64,000 nt of DNA. It comes from an uncultured Elusimicrobia bacterium (GTDB lineage Bacteria; Elusimicrobiota; Elusimicrobia; Elusimicrobiales; UBA9959). A program made the translations under genes and the position numbers. Shown in pieces: positions 43,492 through 52,239 of the stretch (the first letter of the stretch is position 1; every line of letters begins with the position of its first letter). Under the pieces are notes generated by a model. The model saw only the letters and a list, made by a program, of their open reading frames with translations. It had not been told where the DNA came from and searched no databases. The stretch spans positions 3,590-67,589 of the forward strand of contig CAIPTO010000072.1 in assembly GCA_903867985.1 (NCBI GenBank). The letters are read 5' to 3'.

Positions 43492-45780
43492 TTATTTTTT
43501 CTTGAGCCCGCCCCAAACCTTTTCAGGCAAGATGGGAACGCTTTTCACCCTGACACCGGAAGCGTTCCTGACCGCGTTAGCAATAGCCGGGGCCACGCCA
43601 ATTAAAGGGACTTCGCCCATGCCTTTAGCCTTATACGGGCCTTCGGCATAGGGCTTCTCTATAAAAGTTATATCATATTCCGGTTTATCGGAGGTAGTGG
43701 CCATCACGTAGTCGGTAAAATTAGGATTGAGCATAATGCCGTTCTTGTACAACAGGTTCTCATAAACGGCCCAGCTCATGCCCTGCAATATGCCGCCCTG
43801 CGCCTGCCCCTCCGCGAGTCTTGGGTTTATGATCCTGCCTACGTCATATGCCGCACAGATCTTAATCACTCTGGTCACGCCTGTTTTCAGGTCTACTTCA
43901 ACCTCCGCCACATCGGCGGAGTAGGAATAGGTCACATAGGCGTCGCCCTGACCGTCACCCATGTTGTAATACGTATGGGGCGACACATACCAGCCCTGCT
44001 CGCCCATTTTCATGCGAAGGTTCCAGCATTCTTTGACAACTTCGGCAAAAGTAACCGACACTTCTCCTATAGAGAAGACGCCATGGCAGGCACTCATAGG
44101 TTTAGAGCCTTCGGCGCCCTTGGCTAAAAGAAGATTAAAAGCGGTCTTGAAGATGTTCGCCCGCATCGGCGCGGCGGCTTCTATAATGGCGTTACCGCTC
44201 ATCAGCGTGGTGCGGCTGGCCACGGTGGGGCCGGAATCCGACACTTTGGAAGTGTCCACTTCCTCCAGTTTTATATTCTCGTAAGGGGCGTTAAGGGTCT
44301 CGGCGCAGATTTGGCTGAGCACGGTCAAAGCGCCCTGGCCTATCTCTGCATTGCCGACATTTACCCCGACGGTAGCGTCTTTATAAATATTAACGTACGC
44401 GCCGGCGCGGTCAAGATACCGGCCCTTGGCGCCAAGGCCCACGCCGTAATAGGCCACAGAAACACCCATGCCCCGCGCAATGTCACCTTTAGACTTCGGC
44501 ATTAAGCCTTCAGCCTTTCTAATATCCCAGCCGGATTTCTTCTTCACGGTTTCAAGAAGTTCCTCAAGTCCGCAGGAATCCCCGATCGTCTGACCGGTGG
44601 CGGTTTTATCGCCAGTGCGCAGAATATTTTTCATGCGCAACTCTACCGGATCAATTTTCAGCTTGTGCGCCAATTCGTCCACCAGCGATTCCTGCGCGAA
44701 ACAGATCTGCGGCTGGCCGAAACCGCGGAAAGCGCCGCAAGGAACCTTATTGGTGGCCGCGGCATAGGCTTCTATGCGGATATTATCGATCTTGTAAGGC
44801 CCGGCGGAGTGCACGGCGCCCCGCCAGAGAACTATTGGTGAAAGGGTGGCGTAAGCGCCCCCATCCAGAACATATTTCACCACGCAGCCGGTGATCTTCC
44901 CGCTCTTGTCGGCCGCGTACGTCACCCTTGACCACGACGGATGCCGCTTGGACATGGAGTTAAAATCCTCTTTGCGATCGTAAATGAGCTTAACCGGACG
45001 GCCTGTCTTAAGGGCGCACAGGGCAGCGTGCGCCGCCACAAGAGCCGGAACATCTTCTTTGCCGCCGAAACCGCCGCCGGTCACGGTTTGTATGACCTTC
45101 ACTTTGTGATAACCAAGGCTGGCTGCGGCCGCGACTCCGTCCAAAACATAGAACGGGCACTGGGTAGAACTGTAGATGGTCAGGCCGCCGTCGGATTCCG
45201 GCACGGCGACAACGCCCTGGGTTTCAAGATAAGCGTGAACCTGGTAATTGGTGGTAAATTCATCTTCCACCACGGCATAGGCTTCTTTAATGGCTTTGTC
45301 CGGGTCGCCTTTCTTAATGATAAATTTGGCAAAAATGTTGTCGTCGCCGTGAAGTTTTATTGATTTTTTTTCCAAAGACTTCAGCGGGTCCTCGATGAAT
45401 GGAAGCTCTTTATATTCCAGCTCGATAAGCCGGGCCGCTTTCTTAGCGGCATTTTGAGTGTCCGCCACCGCCAGAGCCACGGTTTCGCCCTGAAACCGCG
45501 CTTCTTTCTCAGGAAGAAAGGGATAATCGTTCACGACCATCGGCCATTTATTTACGCCTTTCACGTCCTTATATGTAACTAAAGTCACATAACCTGGAAC
45601 TCTCCGGGCTTTGGAGTCGGAAATGGAAAGTATTTTTATGCGGGGTTTGGGGCAACGCACAGCTGCCGCGTACAGCATGCCGGAGAATTCCTGGTCGGCA
45701 GCGTATTTAGCCCGTCCAGTCGCCTTGATAAGCGCATCTTTCCTGGGCAATGATTTTCCGACATAAGAAAGGTTTGCCAT
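43492..45780 (-). CDS. Xanthine dehydrogenase family molybdopterin-binding (large) subunit, set B
   Basis: The ATG at 45780 (MANLSYVGKS) is chosen; the upstream extension to 45828 is rejected. GGGFGGKE, AFRGFG and GPYKAKGMGE motifs. Confidence 0.88.
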   Translation of the reverse strand: MANLSYVGKSLPRKDALIKATGRAKYAADQEFSGMLYAAAVRCPKPRIKILSISDSKARRVPGYVTLVTYKDVKGVNKWPMVVNDYPFLPEKEARFQGETVALAVADTQNAAKKAARLIELEYKELPFIEDPLKSLEKKSIKLHGDDNIFAKFIIKKGDPDKAIKEAYAVVEDEFTTNYQVHAYLETQGVVAVPESDGGLTIYSSTQCPFYVLDGVAAAASLGYHKVKVIQTVTGGGFGGKEDVPALVAAHAALCALKTGRPVKLIYDRKEDFNSMSKRHPSWSRVTYAADKSGKITGCVVKYVLDGGAYATLSPIVLWRGAVHSAGPYKIDNIRIEAYAAATNKVPCGAFRGFGQPQICFAQESLVDELAHKLKIDPVELRMKNILRTGDKTATGQTIGDSCGLEELLETVKKKSGWDIRKAEGLMPKSKGDIARGMGVSVAYYGVGLGAKGRYLDRAGAYVNIYKDATVGVNVGNAEIGQGALTVLSQICAETLNAPYENIKLEEVDTSKVSDSGPTVASRTTLMSGNAIIEAAAPMRANIFKTAFNLLLAKGAEGSKPMSACHGVFSIGEVSVTFAEVVKECWNLRMKMGEQGWYVSPHTYYNMGDGQGDAYVTYSYSADVAEVEVDLKTGVTRVIKICAAYDVGRIINPRLAEGQAQGGILQGMSWAVYENLLYKNGIMLNPNFTDYVMATTSDKPEYDITFIEKPYAEGPYKAKGMGEVPLIGVAPAIANAVRNASGVRVKSVPILPEKVWGGLKKK

Positions 45781-45784
45781 AAAA

Positions 45785-46654
45785 TTATTTGTGCCTGGTG
45801 CTTTGAAGACTCGCAACATCTGCCGCACTGTCTTGCTGCCGCGCTGCCGCGCTATCCGCCACCCTCATATGCTTGCCATCTTTGTTGTAATACAGCATTA
45901 TTATCTGAGCTATCACCGAAACTGCTATCTCGCCAGGCGTCTTGCCGCCCAGATTGAGCCCAATAGGCGAATAGACCCGCGTATCCTTGAGCGGATAAAG
46001 TTTTTTCTGACCTACCACGCGGAATACTTCCCGCACTTTATCGGCGCTGCCGATCATTCCGATATAAGCCGCCTTTGTCCGCATAACCGCTTCAAGGCAT
46101 TCCCTGTCCAGGGCGTGGCCACGCGTGACGATGACGACATAGGTATCCTCGTCCACGCCGGCGCGCGCCACGGCTTCATGCGGCCTTTCAAGAATGATAG
46201 CGGAAGCGTGCGGAAATCTTTCCTTGCTGGCGAATTCCGGCCTGTCATCGGCCACAAGGTACGGATAGCCGGCCATATCCGCGGCTGCGGCTATCTTCAT
46301 TCCCACATGGCCCGCGCCCAGTATTAATATTTTAAGCGGGCTCTTGTATATGTCTATAAATATTTCCACGCGGCCCATACATATCATGCCGGTGTTACCC
46401 TTGGGTTTTAGGTCGAAAATAAACTTACCCCCGACGCCTTTCTTAATGCAGATCACGGCCTGCTTTATCGCCAGGGCCTCCAGGGTTCCCCCGCCGACAG
46501 TACCCTCTATGGACCCGTTCTCGAATACCAGCATTTTGGCGCCAGCCTCGCGCGGCGTGGAACCGTCAACGGAAATAACGATCACGAAAGCGGCATTCTT
46601 CCCCCCGTCCACAGCTTCGCCCAGTATTTTTATGAGATTCCTTGATTCTTTCAT
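45785..46654 (-). CDS. xdhC: XdhC/CoxI family accessory (Moco insertion) protein with a repeat-encoded C-terminal tail
   Basis: XdhC_CoxI N-domain (GSTPREAGAKM) and Rossmann-like domain (ILGAGHVG). The ATG at 46654 shares one base with the upstream TAA. The last roughly 25 aa (DSAAARQQDSAADVASLQSTRHK) are encoded by the repeat element. Confidence 0.85.
   Translation of the reverse strand: MKESRNLIKILGEAVDGGKNAAFVIVISVDGSTPREAGAKMLVFENGSIEGTVGGGTLEALAIKQAVICIKKGVGGKFIFDLKPKGNTGMICMGRVEIFIDIYKSPLKILILGAGHVGMKIAAAADMAGYPYLVADDRPEFASKERFPHASAIILERPHEAVARAGVDEDTYVVIVTRGHALDRECLEAVMRTKAAYIGMIGSADKVREVFRVVGQKKLYPLKDTRVYSPIGLNLGGKTPGEIAVSVIAQIIMLYYNKDGKHMRVADSAAARQQDSAADVASLQSTRHK
45805..45862. repeat. 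Copy of the ttgaagac ... ctgtcttgctgccgcgct repeat element
   Basis: An exact 18-mer, ctgtcttgctgccgcgct (45828-45845), is shared with 49364-49381. ttgaagac is shared with 49303-49310. Confidence 0.7.
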
Positions 46655-47181
46655 TATTTCAGCACCCACTCGTCAAGTTTTTTATCCGTACCGTATTCCA
46701 TGATCTCTACCGCTGTTGAATCCTTTCCAAGGGCTTTAGCCCAATCGTTCGCCACTATCTTCACCAATTGTTCCTGCTGGGATCTCTCAAGGTTGTTAAA
46801 ACGCTTGTCCACATAAACACACAGAGCGTCATCCTTATAACCGATATCGTCTACGCCCAGCTTACTCAGCTCACCCGCCCCTTTTTCCTTTATCTCCCGT
46901 ATCATACCGTCCTTTACATCACCAGTAATCGCGCCTGTTTTGACCTGCGCGACATGTAGTTTGGCAGAAAACGAATTCTCGACTAATTTGCCGGCTATGG
47001 CAAGAGAAAGAACGACAAATAATATTTTCAGCAGAGGTGAGCGCTTTTTTTCAACTTTTATAGATTTAGCTCCGGCGTTAAATCTTACACCGTACGACGG
47101 GGGAACATTCGCGTTCCCACGCGCTTGCATTAAGGCCCTATAATACCTGTTAATACCGCCCATACTCGTCACCTCATTCAT
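46654..47181 (-). CDS. Hypothetical membrane-anchored protein
   Basis: 175-aa ORF with one TM segment (LLKILFVVLSLAIAG). It is the first gene of the closely spaced xdhC-containing run. No family recognised. Confidence 0.55.
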   Translation of the reverse strand: MNEVTSMGGINRYYRALMQARGNANVPPSYGVRFNAGAKSIKVEKKRSPLLKILFVVLSLAIAGKLVENSFSAKLHVAQVKTGAITGDVKDGMIREIKEKGAGELSKLGVDDIGYKDDALCVYVDKRFNNLERSQQEQLVKIVANDWAKALGKDSTAVEIMEYGTDKKLDEWVLK

Positions 47182-47283
47182 GCTGCAATCGTTGAATCTA
47201 GAACATTATATAAATTATGCGCCGGTCCCGTGTGTTCCGCTGCCCGGACATTCCTCATAGTTATGGGCAAAGGCTGTTTTCGA

Positions 47284-47724
47284 TTATCTCAAACCCGCCA
47301 GCCGCTGACCAATTTCCGAAGCGAGAATCTGCGGCTCGTCCGTACCTATGCGCGCCCTTTTACCGCTCTTCAGTTTTAATTCCACCGCGTCCAGTCCGGC
47401 AACATTATACAGCCACCCATCGCCTATACTTCTTACCCCCCATCCAGACATCCAACAATTACGCACGGCTTCTACGGAACTTATGTCTTCCAATCTGAAT
47501 TCTTTTTTTATCCAGCCGATTCCAAAATTTATCCGTATTGATACGTCGTCAACTTCCACGGTGAGATTCCTGAAGCCTAAATACATGCCCAACGCCAGAA
47601 GCGCCAGCGGGCAAGATACTATAAATTGTTTCGCTATATACCCTACAACAACCGCGCCAATCAAACTCGCCAAAGCCATACCTTTCATCAGATTGCTGTT
47701 TTGCGTATGTTTATACATGGTCAC
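47284..47724 (-). CDS. Hypothetical membrane protein (two TM helices plus a small soluble domain)
   Basis: 146-aa ORF. Hydrophobic helices at residues 15-60, followed by a bacterial-PH-like region. No family recognised with confidence. Confidence 0.5.
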   Translation of the reverse strand: MTMYKHTQNSNLMKGMALASLIGAVVVGYIAKQFIVSCPLALLALGMYLGFRNLTVEVDDVSIRINFGIGWIKKEFRLEDISSVEAVRNCWMSGWGVRSIGDGWLYNVAGLDAVELKLKSGKRARIGTDEPQILASEIGQRLAGLR

Positions 47725-47769
47725 CTTGTCTGAACTAAAGCTATAAAATCTCCAGCTTAAACTGCTGAA

Positions 47770-48999
47770 TTAAAGAAAAATCCAGTATACTATCCCATTT
47801 ATCAGGGTCAGCGGCACGCCGGCCATCGCGAATTCCGTAAAGGTCAGGGTCTCCCCGGCTTTTTTCTCGGCATTCTGGATGATGATGACATTGCTGGCCG
47901 CACCCAGGATGAACATGTTTCCAGCGATAGTTGAACCGGCGGCCAAAGCCATAAGTTGCCTAGTTCCGGCACCGGCGTGCGCAAGCACTGGCATATATAA
48001 AGCGACCAGCGGCACATTAGAGATCAGCTGGCTCACGGCCACACTCACGGCGAGTATCATGGACGTGGAGGCGATTTCAAGGCCGGAGCGCGCAATTACC
48101 CCCTGGAAGAAGCCGACGTCCCACACGCTTTTCATCAGGATGAACATAGCCGCGAAAAAAAGAAGCGTGCTCCAATCCGCCTTTTTCAGCAGTTCCACCC
48201 TTCGCGGACTGAAAATGAGCGGCGGCAGCATGGCCGCCAACGCAATATAAGTGAGTTTAAAATTCGCGGCAGGAACTAAATAAACAGCCAGAATCTTAAC
48301 GGCAACCATTACACTCAGAACTATAAGCGCGACTCTGGAAAGAAAACTGAGGTAATGATCCTTTATAGGCTCCTGTGAATGCACGAGCGCGACTTTAGAA
48401 AAATGCCCGCTGTACATAATCCTCAGCATTAAAAAAGCGAAAACCAGATTCAGAACCGTGGGAATAAAAAGGTATCTGAAGAAAGTAATGAAAGGCGCCG
48501 CCACGCCGCCGTTCACGGCCACCAGAAGATTCTGCGGATTGCCTATAGGGCTCATCACGCTCCCCGTGGTAATACCGAACGCAAGCGTCAGCAAAAGAAT
48601 CTTCGGAGACATTTTGTGCTTTTTAGCCAGCAGCAGAACCACTGGCGTACCGATAATAGCCAATGTGTCGTTCATCAACGCGGCGGAAGCGAAGGCAGAG
48701 CCAAAAAGCACAAAGAACACCAGCTGATCAAGCGATTTGGCCCGTTTGAACAAAGAATACTCCAGATGGGCCAGATAACCGCTAATTTCAAGCGCGGCCC
48801 CGACCACGAACATACCGAACAGGAAAAAGATAACATCAAAATCTATCGCGCGCAGAGCCGCAGCCGGGCCGATATCTCCGGACAGCAGCACGGCGGCCGC
48901 GCCCGCAGCCATCACCTGCCAGATCTCAAACCGGAAACGCCCCACCTGCCGGATGGCAATCAGTACAAAAACAATAATGAGGATGATTATGGGAAACAT
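47770..48999 (-). CDS. ArsB/NhaD (SLC13-like) superfamily anion permease
   Basis: The ATG at 48999 (MFPIIILII) is chosen. It has 10-12 TM helices and the IGNPQNLLVA motif typical of this permease superfamily. Confidence 0.6.
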   Translation of the reverse strand: MFPIIILIIVFVLIAIRQVGRFRFEIWQVMAAGAAAVLLSGDIGPAAALRAIDFDVIFFLFGMFVVGAALEISGYLAHLEYSLFKRAKSLDQLVFFVLFGSAFASAALMNDTLAIIGTPVVLLLAKKHKMSPKILLLTLAFGITTGSVMSPIGNPQNLLVAVNGGVAAPFITFFRYLFIPTVLNLVFAFLMLRIMYSGHFSKVALVHSQEPIKDHYLSFLSRVALIVLSVMVAVKILAVYLVPAANFKLTYIALAAMLPPLIFSPRRVELLKKADWSTLLFFAAMFILMKSVWDVGFFQGVIARSGLEIASTSMILAVSVAVSQLISNVPLVALYMPVLAHAGAGTRQLMALAAGSTIAGNMFILGAASNVIIIQNAEKKAGETLTFTEFAMAGVPLTLINGIVYWIFL

Positions 49000-49084
49000 A
49001 ATGTAACGCGTAAGTACGACAGCAAAACAGCATGTCAGACAGCAGCGCAATTGAGAGTCAGACGGATTTACCGCCCACCAGTTG

Positions 49085-49789
49085 CTACCCCTTTAGTTGC
49101 TGGTACTCCTCCGGTGTGTCGAAGTCGCGGATAACGCCTGCATCTTCCACCACGAGATCCATAACTTTCACCAGCTGGTGATGCGTGACCCAGTGCAGGC
49201 CTTTTTCATGCGGACCGTCAAAACAAAGCTGAAAATATTTTCGCGGAATAATTATTGGATGCCCGCGTTTAAAAGAAAGAGGGTCAGAGGACTTGAAGAC
49301 CAGAGGATTGGAAACAGGTGAAGTTGCAGCGCTATCTTGCTGTCGTACTGTCTTGCTGTCGCGCTGTCTTGCTGCCGCGCTTCCCTGTGCCGCGTCACGC
49401 CGGCACTTGGGAATAATAAGCGAATCTTTGTTGGAGCGCCAAAAATCGGCTATCAGTTTAAATGTTTCCGGCTTTATAAGAGGCTGGTCCACCAGGCAGA
49501 TCATAACCGCCTCAGCCCTGGGGTTGACAAGTCTCAGGGCCGCCCTGACCGAAGCTATCTGCCCAAGTTCCGGAGTTTCGTTGAAAGCAATTCTTATCTC
49601 TCCGGGTTTCCACGCGGCAAGCACTTCTGCGCGACTGGTACCTAGAACAACGATAGTCTCCGTTACACCCGCAGCACTGACTCCCTCGCATACCGATTCC
49701 AGAAAATTCCGCCCGCCATACTCAAGCAGCGCCTTTGTCCGGCCCATTCTGGAGGATCCCCCGCCGGCCAGCACTAAAGCGCTTATCAT
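49085..49789 (-). CDS. mocA: MobA-like NTP transferase, probable molybdenum cofactor cytidylyltransferase, carrying a roughly 42-aa in-frame insertion
   Basis: LVLAGGGSSRMG...KALL N-terminus, LVDQP, GHPIII and a C-terminal DFDTPEEY. About 48 aa separate IIP from GHPII, against 6 in E. coli MocA as I recall it. Confidence 0.7.
   Translation of the reverse strand: MISALVLAGGGSSRMGRTKALLEYGGRNFLESVCEGVSAAGVTETIVVLGTSRAEVLAAWKPGEIRIAFNETPELGQIASVRAALRLVNPRAEAVMICLVDQPLIKPETFKLIADFWRSNKDSLIIPKCRRDAAQGSAAARQRDSKTVRQQDSAATSPVSNPLVFKSSDPLSFKRGHPIIIPRKYFQLCFDGPHEKGLHWVTHHQLVKVMDLVVEDAGVIRDFDTPEEYQQLKG
49291..49395. repeat. Composite tandem repeat element inside mocA (three ~15-nt cagaggaNttgNaaac units plus four ~16-nt gcNctgtcttgctgNc units)
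   Basis: Read directly: gaggacttgaagac cagaggattggaaac aggtgaagttgcagc | gctatcttgctgtc gtactgtcttgctgtc gcgctgtcttgctgcc gcgcttccctgtgcc. Confidence 0.75.
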
Positions 49790-51162
49790 CGAGCAGCCTT
49801 TTCCACCAGCTTTCTGGAAAGTTTATTGGCGCGTTCCGCAAGCCTGAACTCATCGACATTGACGAGTCTGCCGTTCTTGACCACGATCTTGCCGTTCACG
49901 ATCGTATACTTGGTCCTGTGCCCGGCGCCGCAGAAGAGCAGCGAAGCCAGCGGATCCGAACCTGAGCCGGCGAAGTCCAGCCCGCTCACGTCGAAAACGG
50001 CCAGATCGGCGGCCTTACCGGGCTCTATGGAACCGATGTCTTTGCGGCCCAGCACTTCCGCGCCGCCCAGAGTTGCTATTTTAAAAACATCTCTCGCCGG
50101 CATGGACTCCGCGCCGGACTTAACGCGGTGAACCAGCATGCACTGGCGCAGTTCGCCCAACATATCCGAAGAGTCGTTGGAGGCGGAACCGTCCACAGCC
50201 AGTCCGACCGGCACTTTGTTATCCAGAAACATTCGCACGGGCGCTATGCCGGAGCCTAGACGCAGATTGGAGGACGGGCAATGTGCCACGCCCGTTCCGG
50301 TAGCCCCCATCCTTTTGGCCTCACCCTTGTTTAAATAAACGCAATGGGCGAACCAGGCGTTACCCTCGGAAACCCAGCCCACCGATTCCATATAATCAAG
50401 CGGGCGCATCTTGAAAAGTTTAAGGCAGAAAGCTTCTTCATCTATAGTTTCGGCCAGGTGTGTATGCATCCTGACGCCCCACTTTTTGGCCATCTCGGCG
50501 GTAAGCTTCAGAAGCTCAGTGGTCACGGAGAAAGGCGAGCAGGGCGCCATAACCATCTGCGTCATGGGAAATTTATTTTTATCGTGGAATTTATGTACCA
50601 GGCGCTCGCAGTCCCTCATGATAAAATCCTCGCTCTGCACCACAGAGTCGGGCGGTAAACCTCCCTTTGAGCGGCCGCGTGACATTGAGCCGCGGGTCGG
50701 GTGGAAGCGCATGCCTATTTCCCGCGCGGCTTCAACCTGTGTGTCAATAAAAAAACCGCTGTTCTTCCTGGGAAAAAGATAAAGATGGTCGGTACTGGTC
50801 GTACAACCGGTCAAAAGCAGTTCGCCCAGACCAACCTGGGTGCTGGCGTAAACTGCCTCAGGTGAGATATGACGCCAAATCTCATAGAGATAAAGGAGCC
50901 AGTCAAACAGCTTGGCGTCCTGCACGGCGGGGAGGTTGCGCGTCAGAGTCTGGTAAAGGTGATGATGCGTATTAACAAAGCCGGGCAGGACCACGCAGTT
51001 CTTAGCGTCTATTACAGTATCTGCCTTAACTTTGAGACCTTTACCGATCTTTTTTATCTCAGGGCCCTCAATATAAACATCGCCGCCCTTAATTTCCCGG
51101 CCTTCGCTATCCATTGTCGCCAGGACCAAAGCGTTCTTTACAAGTATAGACTTATAAGCCAT
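49786..51162 (-). CDS. Amidohydrolase of the ATZ/TRZ group, 8-oxoguanine deaminase-like
   Basis: PGFVNTHHHLYQTLTR metal-binding motif, HLAE, and the C-terminal ADLAVFD pattern. Its stop overlaps the mocA start (ATGA). Confidence 0.75.
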   Translation of the reverse strand: MAYKSILVKNALVLATMDSEGREIKGGDVYIEGPEIKKIGKGLKVKADTVIDAKNCVVLPGFVNTHHHLYQTLTRNLPAVQDAKLFDWLLYLYEIWRHISPEAVYASTQVGLGELLLTGCTTSTDHLYLFPRKNSGFFIDTQVEAAREIGMRFHPTRGSMSRGRSKGGLPPDSVVQSEDFIMRDCERLVHKFHDKNKFPMTQMVMAPCSPFSVTTELLKLTAEMAKKWGVRMHTHLAETIDEEAFCLKLFKMRPLDYMESVGWVSEGNAWFAHCVYLNKGEAKRMGATGTGVAHCPSSNLRLGSGIAPVRMFLDNKVPVGLAVDGSASNDSSDMLGELRQCMLVHRVKSGAESMPARDVFKIATLGGAEVLGRKDIGSIEPGKAADLAVFDVSGLDFAGSGSDPLASLLFCGAGHRTKYTIVNGKIVVKNGRLVNVDEFRLAERANKLSRKLVEKAAR

Positions 51163-51268
51163 GATCGCTCCTTATAAAACCCACCATCACTATATTATCT
51201 AAAATTTGTTCGTCGGATAACCATATGTTTGTATCGCGCCTGTTTTTGTGGAATAATATCAGAAGGTT

Positions 51269-52210
51269 ATGCCTTTTCTCAAATTAAAGAAATCTCTTAA
51301 CGGTCTTAAGGAGCTCAGGGACTTCGATCCGGGCCTCTCCGACCTTGCCGCCCTGCTGATCGGAGCCAAGCCGGTGCTTTACACCGATTTCTCCGTCGCC
51401 GGCTGGCCCTATATAAAAGAACTGTGCGAAGCGCTAAAACTCAAGCACCTTATGCCGGAACCAGTTTATGGAACTGCGGGCTTCAAGGCCGTACCGGGTT
51501 CCGGAAAACGGATGCTGCTTATAGGTAGAAACAACAAAATCCTGAAAGATGCCGCCAAAAGCTGGCACCGCTCCCCCACCGACCCGGCCTGGGGCCTTCT
51601 GCTCGGCTACCCGGAATGCTGTGTTAAGGCCTATATAGAATGGCGCTCGGTCGCGGACAAGATTGACCTGGTTAATTTTACCCTGGGCAGAACCCGGAAA
51701 AAAGAGCGCTATCACTTCGGACTGAACAATATCTTCAATTATTTCTCGCGGCTGACCGGAAAACCGGCCGATATGGAAGGCTTCGCGCGCATAAGAGCGG
51801 CCAATAAAAACCTGGACATTTCCACTTTGCAGATAATAAGCTGGCACCCCTGCGCCTATGACTGCGGGCCCAGCGCAAAAATCGCCAAAGAGATCTTCGC
51901 ATTCCTTCACCATTATCTGCCCGGGCGCGCGGCGGAACTAAAAAGCCGCCTTGCAAAACCGGTGCTCTTTCGTGATAAATACGAATATCTGCTTTTGGAC
52001 GGCCTGGCGAAGGGCGCTGAAGTCCGCTACCGCGGTATAGCCGAACCGGAAGGCCTGCTGCCTAAAGACCTGGCGCGCAAGATAGCGGCCGGCAATATAC
52101 TTAACGCGGGAAAGGACTGCGTAACGGTATTCAAAGGTTCCAAACCGCTTTATGAAATATTTTCAGACAGGCCTTTTTCGCTCTTAAACTTCACGACTTC
52201 GCAACGATAA
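51269..52210 (+). CDS. Hypothetical protein with conserved Cys/His motifs (LGYPECC ... WHPCAYDC); possibly DUF483-like
   Basis: 313-aa ORF with coding-like composition, divergent from the amidohydrolase. The motif assignment is from memory only. Confidence 0.5.
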   Translation: MPFLKLKKSLNGLKELRDFDPGLSDLAALLIGAKPVLYTDFSVAGWPYIKELCEALKLKHLMPEPVYGTAGFKAVPGSGKRMLLIGRNNKILKDAAKSWHRSPTDPAWGLLLGYPECCVKAYIEWRSVADKIDLVNFTLGRTRKKERYHFGLNNIFNYFSRLTGKPADMEGFARIRAANKNLDISTLQIISWHPCAYDCGPSAKIAKEIFAFLHHYLPGRAAELKSRLAKPVLFRDKYEYLLLDGLAKGAEVRYRGIAEPEGLLPKDLARKIAAGNILNAGKDCVTVFKGSKPLYEIFSDRPFSLLNFTTSQR

Positions 52211-52239
52211 TGCCAAAAATTATAGAATCTATGATGATC

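Noticed and set aside
36850-45780. Selenocysteine (in-frame TGA) recoding in the XDH-family genes, as purinolytic anaerobes often use selenium-dependent hydroxylases
   Set aside because: All subunit ORFs are continuous with no in-frame TGA interruption, and no SECIS-like hairpin was noted. A labile non-Sec selenium cofactor cannot be judged from sequence.
47182-47283. Moco (molybdenum cofactor) or purine riboswitch upstream of the xdhC-XDH run. Leaders at 51163-51268 and 49051-49084 were also checked.
   Set aside because: I saw no match to the conserved Moco-motif or guanine/adenine aptamer sequences as I remember them. Only an AT-rich TATAAT-containing stretch was found. This would need cmscan to exclude formally.
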